Below, one piece after another: positions 60,473-64,000 of a stretch of DNA of 64,000 bases. The number at the start of each line of letters is the position of its first letter. Positions within the stretch are counted from its first letter, which is position 1. The translations under genes were made by a program, and so were the position numbers. Source of the stretch: Planctomycetota bacterium. GTDB taxonomy: Bacteria > Planctomycetota > Planctomycetia > Pirellulales > Pirellulaceae. The notes under the pieces were generated by a model. It was not told where the DNA came from. It was given only the letters and a program-made list of their open reading frames with translations, and did no database searches. The stretch is taken from positions 7,552-71,551 of the forward strand of contig JAPLNI010000023.1 of the NCBI GenBank assembly GCA_026692865.1, in the 5' to 3' direction.

Positions 60473-62143
60473 ATGAATATCGCACCTACTTTATCGATAA
60501 AGCCAAATTTGCATTTGAGAGAAACTATTACAACGCAAACGTCAACCGCATGGCATCAACGTTTCGAAACGGAGTTGGTAACGGTAGTTGTTTGCCCGTG
60601 GGTTGGAACTGTTCGCAGTTTGTGCGGATCGTTCGTTGATAGTAAGTTGTTTCGTACGTCAGCCGATACGAAATCCTGCTTTGAGGCTGAATCTATACCC
60701 GATGCGGAATCCACATCTTTAGCTGAGTCCACACCCGAGGCTAGCGCCTGCGGCTCAGGTTGTGGGTGCGGAAATTTTGTCTTTAAACTGTTTGGCTTGG
60801 TTGTGATGGTTTTACTTACGGTTCCTTCATTACGAGCCCAAGAGCCCGCGCGTTCGATACCAAGTGTGTCTGTTTCGGAATTTGTCCCGGTTCCACAAGT
60901 CAAACTTTCACGAACGGATATTCAGCAAGCCAAGTACCCTGCGATCGACGTTCACTCCCACTTCTTCGCTCGCTTTCACCACGATCCCGAAAGCCTACGA
61001 GCGTACGTTCAAGTGATGAATCGCAACAATATTGCGATCAATGTTTCGCTGGATGGAACACTTGGGCCGCAATTGGATGCCCATCTGGCCTACTTGTGGA
61101 CCGAGTATCGCGATCGCTTCGTTGTTTTTACTAACATCGACTGGGAGGGGAACCAAGAATCGAAGCCTGCTTCCAATGCCCCCGGATCGCCACCTGGATC
61201 ATTACCTAGACAATCATCTGCGCCAGGAACGGGGCTGACGAAACCTGAGCCGATGGCGCTAGCCACGGGTGACCGCGCAACCACGTCAGTACCGTTAGCA
61301 CCCGAGGCTAGCGCCTACGGCTCAGGAAAAACGACATTTTCATCAGGCCCGTCAGGCCCCGCGGTGACGACACCTGCTTTTGACGAGCCCGGCTTCGTCC
61401 AAACAACCATCGAACAACTACGGTTGGCAAAAGCAAAAGGGGTCAGCGGACTCAAGATCTTCAAGCAGCTTGGCTTAGTCTATCGACACGCTGATGGGAG
61501 CTTTGTTGCGATCGATGATCCACGATGGGATCCCATTTGGGAAGCGTGTGGCAAACTGGGGCTACCGGTCATCATGCATACGGCTGATCCGAATGCGTTC
61601 TTCGAACCAATTGATGCACGCAACGAACGTTACGAAGAACTTGCGAGACGTCCCGAGTGGAGCTTCTATAATCTCGGAACTCCCACCCGCTCGGAGCTTC
61701 ACGAGGCTCGCAATCGAGTCATCGCTAGGCATCCTAAGACGACCTTTATCGCAGCTCACTTTGGCAACGATGCGGAAGATCTAACCGAGACCGCCGCGTG
61801 GCTAGACGCTTATCCGAATCTCGTTGTCGAGTTTGCTTCGCGAATCAGCGAGCTCGGACGTCAACCACGCACTACACGAAAGTTCTTCGAAGCCTACCAA
61901 GATCGTATAATGCTCGGTACCGATGGCCCCTTTCCCGAAGAACGATTGCGAGCTTACTGGCGCTTTCTCGAAACGCCTGACGAGTGTTTTCCGTACTCCG
62001 AAAAGTCACCACCTCCGCAAGGGCTCTGGAGTATCAGCGGTCTCGAATTGCCAGAAACGATTCTTCGTAAAGTCTATTTTGAAAACGCATGTCGCTACAT
62101 TCCAGGTGTTCAAGAGAAGTACGATGCGTTCACCAAAAAATAG
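60473..62143 (+). CDS. amidohydrolase-2 (PF04909-type TIM-barrel metal hydrolase) with ~80-aa low-complexity insertion; true start probably ~60809 (MVLLTVPSLRAQEP signal)
   Basis: IDVHSHFF (HxH), later HTAD, AAHFG, LGTDGP. Pro/Ser/Ala/Gly-rich insert 61140..61380. Confidence 0.8.
   Translation: MNIAPTLSIKPNLHLRETITTQTSTAWHQRFETELVTVVVCPWVGTVRSLCGSFVDSKLFRTSADTKSCFEAESIPDAESTSLAESTPEASACGSGCGCGNFVFKLFGLVVMVLLTVPSLRAQEPARSIPSVSVSEFVPVPQVKLSRTDIQQAKYPAIDVHSHFFARFHHDPESLRAYVQVMNRNNIAINVSLDGTLGPQLDAHLAYLWTEYRDRFVVFTNIDWEGNQESKPASNAPGSPPGSLPRQSSAPGTGLTKPEPMALATGDRATTSVPLAPEASAYGSGKTTFSSGPSGPAVTTPAFDEPGFVQTTIEQLRLAKAKGVSGLKIFKQLGLVYRHADGSFVAIDDPRWDPIWEACGKLGLPVIMHTADPNAFFEPIDARNERYEELARRPEWSFYNLGTPTRSELHEARNRVIARHPKTTFIAAHFGNDAEDLTETAAWLDAYPNLVVEFASRISELGRQPRTTRKFFEAYQDRIMLGTDGPFPEERLRAYWRFLETPDECFPYSEKSPPPQGLWSISGLELPETILRKVYFENACRYIPGVQEKYDAFTKK
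60733..60759. repeat. short dispersed repeat S, copy A (cacccgaggctagcgcctgcggctcagg)
   Basis: One mismatch to copy B at 61299..61326. Both are preceded by ttagc. Confidence 0.75.
61299..61326. repeat. short dispersed repeat S, copy B (inside the amidohydrolase-2 ORF, encodes PEASAYGSG)
   Basis: See copy A. Confidence 0.75.
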
Positions 62144-62801
62144 CAAAGGCATATTCATCACCGGTTCCGATACAGAGATCGGAAAAACTTTTGTAGCATG
62201 TGCGATTGTCCGCTCTTTAGTGGAAGCGTCCATACAAGTCGGTGTCTATAAACCGGTCGCAAGTGGCCTGAGCGATTTGGAGTCCAGCGACGCACATCAA
62301 TTGTGGATCGCTGCTGGTAAGCCTGGCGAATCGCTTGCACGAGTCTGCCCGCAATCGTTTACGCAACCACTCGCGCCGATGATTGCAGCGGAATCTGAAA
62401 ACAAAATAATTGACAAGCAGAAAATCATCAGCGGCTATGACTATTGGCGTGAATGTTCGGAGTTCGTCGTTGTCGAAGGTGCTGGTGGTTTGCTCTCGCC
62501 GATTGCTCATCGACTCAGCAATGCTGATCTTGCAGCACAGCTTGAATTACCGATTGTCGTAGTGGTTCCTAATCGGCTGGGTTGCGTCAATCAAGCGATG
62601 CTCGTCCTGGAGGTTGCTCGCGCTCGCAAGCTTCCAGTCGTTGCCATCGTTTTGAATCAAACGCAAAACCATACCGCCGATCTTTCAGTTCAAACCAACT
62701 TCGAACTGCTTCGCGCAACGATGAATGAGTCGGATTTTTCCGCGATTGCTGTTCACTGCTTCGCATACCGACAGCAATCCTTAAGGCTATTCGATGAATA
62801 G
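62124..62801 (+). CDS. bioD: dethiobiotin synthetase
   Basis: P-loop GSDTEIGKT, YKPVASG, VVVEGAGGLLSP, collinear with E. coli BioD. Start ATG 62124 overlaps the previous gene by 20 bp. Confidence 0.85.
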   Translation: MRSPKNSKGIFITGSDTEIGKTFVACAIVRSLVEASIQVGVYKPVASGLSDLESSDAHQLWIAAGKPGESLARVCPQSFTQPLAPMIAAESENKIIDKQKIISGYDYWRECSEFVVVEGAGGLLSPIAHRLSNADLAAQLELPIVVVVPNRLGCVNQAMLVLEVARARKLPVVAIVLNQTQNHTADLSVQTNFELLRATMNESDFSAIAVHCFAYRQQSLRLFDE

Positions 62802-63335
62802 TTGCAGAGCCAACATCGCAATAAAGTATTGAGCCCAAAGCGTTAGCCGAGTTCAAAAGATTAACTAACCGCTTGCGCAGGACTGCTAAATACTCGGGGT
62901 TGCCCCCAGGATTCGATTGCGCTGGTTTTGTACCTAACAGGCATCTCGTTCGTCCAATCTCACGTTATAGCGAGTCTTCAATTTACGCGCGCAAAAGCGA
63001 CGGATCGGGCTCGTCCCGTTACGTCGCAAAGGTTTGGTGCGCTACTCACCAGCGCCGCGCGCGCGTCCCGCGACGGGTGGGCTTGCCACACCACGTCGCA
63101 AAGGTTTGGCGGGCTACCTCGCAACTTAGCCCGCCAAAGCTTTGCGGTCGGCACCTTTTCGTTCGTCGGGCCCGAGGCCCTCGACCGCGAGACCGCGCGT
63201 GGGGGCACACGTTGTAGCACACCAAACCTATTGCGAAACATGGGCACAAGGCCCAGTTTCGCGTCGAGGGTGAATCACATTCGCAAAGGAACAAAAGCAA
63301 CATGTCGAAACGTCATGTCAATACCGAACGTTTAG

Positions 63336-63363
63336 CAGCCCAGGCTAGCGCCAGCGGCTCAAG
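63336..63363. repeat. short dispersed repeat S, copy C (diverged, intergenic)
   Basis: cagcccaggctagcgccagcggctcaag, preceded by tttagc. Confidence 0.6.
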
Positions 63364-63397
63364 CGGTCATTTTGATTATCTTTTCACTACCGAACCA

Positions 63398-64000
63398 CTA
63401 CCATGGATAAAAACGAAATCTCTTTTCGCTACTAAGGTCAGCATTGTGATTAGGCGGGAGTTCTAAGAAGCCATCGCTTTGCGATAGTGCGACAACATCA
63501 CCAGAGCCCATCATCGGTGTCCAGTCACATTCGCCCGTTGTATTGATATTGCAAAGCCGATAATGAATGAGATCGACCGAGGCTATCGACGCGTTGGGTG
63601 CAGGCGAACGCCACTGAATGGAATCTTCCAGCGGAAGTCCCGCAATCTTTCGCATTAGTGGAATTGCAATGCGCCGCGCGGTCACCGCAACACTCACCGG
63701 ATTGCCTGGAAGTCCGCATACCAATTGACCTTTCGGACCAACGGCCCCGAGCACTGGTTTTCCCGGTCGAATAGGAAGTCGATGAAATTCGATCCGACAT
63801 CCCGATTGCCGAATCATCTCCGGAACATAGTCGTAGTCCCCCATCGATACACCACCGGTCAGCAGCACCACGTCGGCTCGCGCGAGACTATCACGAATGC
63901 AATTTCCTAATTCAACTTGATCATCGCCGACACTCCGACGCTCAATCTCAGCGACCCATGGTTGCTGCCGAAGAAACTGCTCCAAGTAGGGACCGTTGGA
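63398..64000 (-). CDS. moeA: molybdopterin molybdotransferase MoeA, C-terminal part (N-terminus beyond window)
   Basis: LLTGGVSMGDYDYV (MoCF-biosynthesis domain), GLPGNPVSVAV, C-terminal beta domain. The frame stays open to the window edge. Confidence 0.8.
   Translation of the reverse strand, partial: SNGPYLEQFLRQQPWVAEIERRSVGDDQVELGNCIRDSLARADVVLLTGGVSMGDYDYVPEMIRQSGCRIEFHRLPIRPGKPVLGAVGPKGQLVCGLPGNPVSVAVTARRIAIPLMRKIAGLPLEDSIQWRSPAPNASIASVDLIHYRLCNINTTGECDWTPMMGSGDVVALSQSDGFLELPPNHNADLSSEKRFRFYPW

Noticed and set aside
1-64000. CRISPR arrays, rRNA, complete IS elements
   Set aside because: No regularly spaced direct repeats, no rRNA-like conserved stretches, and no intact transposase plus terminal-inverted-repeat pair were seen.

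Overview
The gene content looks like a large Planctomycetota-type genome (PQQ beta-propeller protein, many Sec/Tat-secreted hydrolases, an eukaryotic-like Ser/Thr kinase); this is an inference from the sequence alone. The window reads as three parts.

- **1-8.3 kb**: a co-directional minus-strand envelope-stress-like module. Order: giant ~1250-aa polytopic membrane protein, PspA/IM30, a small ORF, a membrane-embedded sensor histidine kinase, and a sigma54 (NtrC-type) response regulator.
- **8.4-29.9 kb**: a decayed accessory segment. It holds an SRAP pseudogene with diagnostic lesions, an AbiEii-like nucleotidyltransferase plus small partner, and an NRAMP transporter. It also holds four families of 50-85-bp dispersed repeats (R1-R4) that delimit small-ORF modules; one copy pair differs by a ~1-kb insertion carrying a PilZ-like gene.
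  - Gene remnants: a PIN-domain fragment and an RND-pump C-terminal fragment.
  - Intact secreted enzymes: PQQ propeller, amidohydrolase, CN-hydrolase, beta-lactamase-like, and an 891-aa secreted protein.
  - Mobile-element traces: IS3-OrfA-like and Rpn-like fragments, and a tRNA-Met(CAT) gene lacking its 5' acceptor strand. A 17-bp segment of that tRNA's anticodon/variable region recurs 19.3 kb upstream in direct orientation, which is a possible att-core pair.
- **30-64 kb**: mostly chromosomal-looking genes.
  - Core functions: SPFH protein, MFS transporter with a homopolymer frameshift, AIM24, UrtA-like substrate-binding protein, DUF937, AttH-like, porin-like, AraC, amidohydrolase-META, msrA, aldo/keto reductase, GT4+GT-C+methyltransferase, Cache-Ser/Thr kinase, amidohydrolase-2, bioD, moeA.
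  - One standout: a tightly translationally coupled Zn-ribbon/AIM24/LapA-like triplet.

No rRNA or CRISPR array was seen. Several apparent frameshifts could be real pseudogenes or assembly errors.
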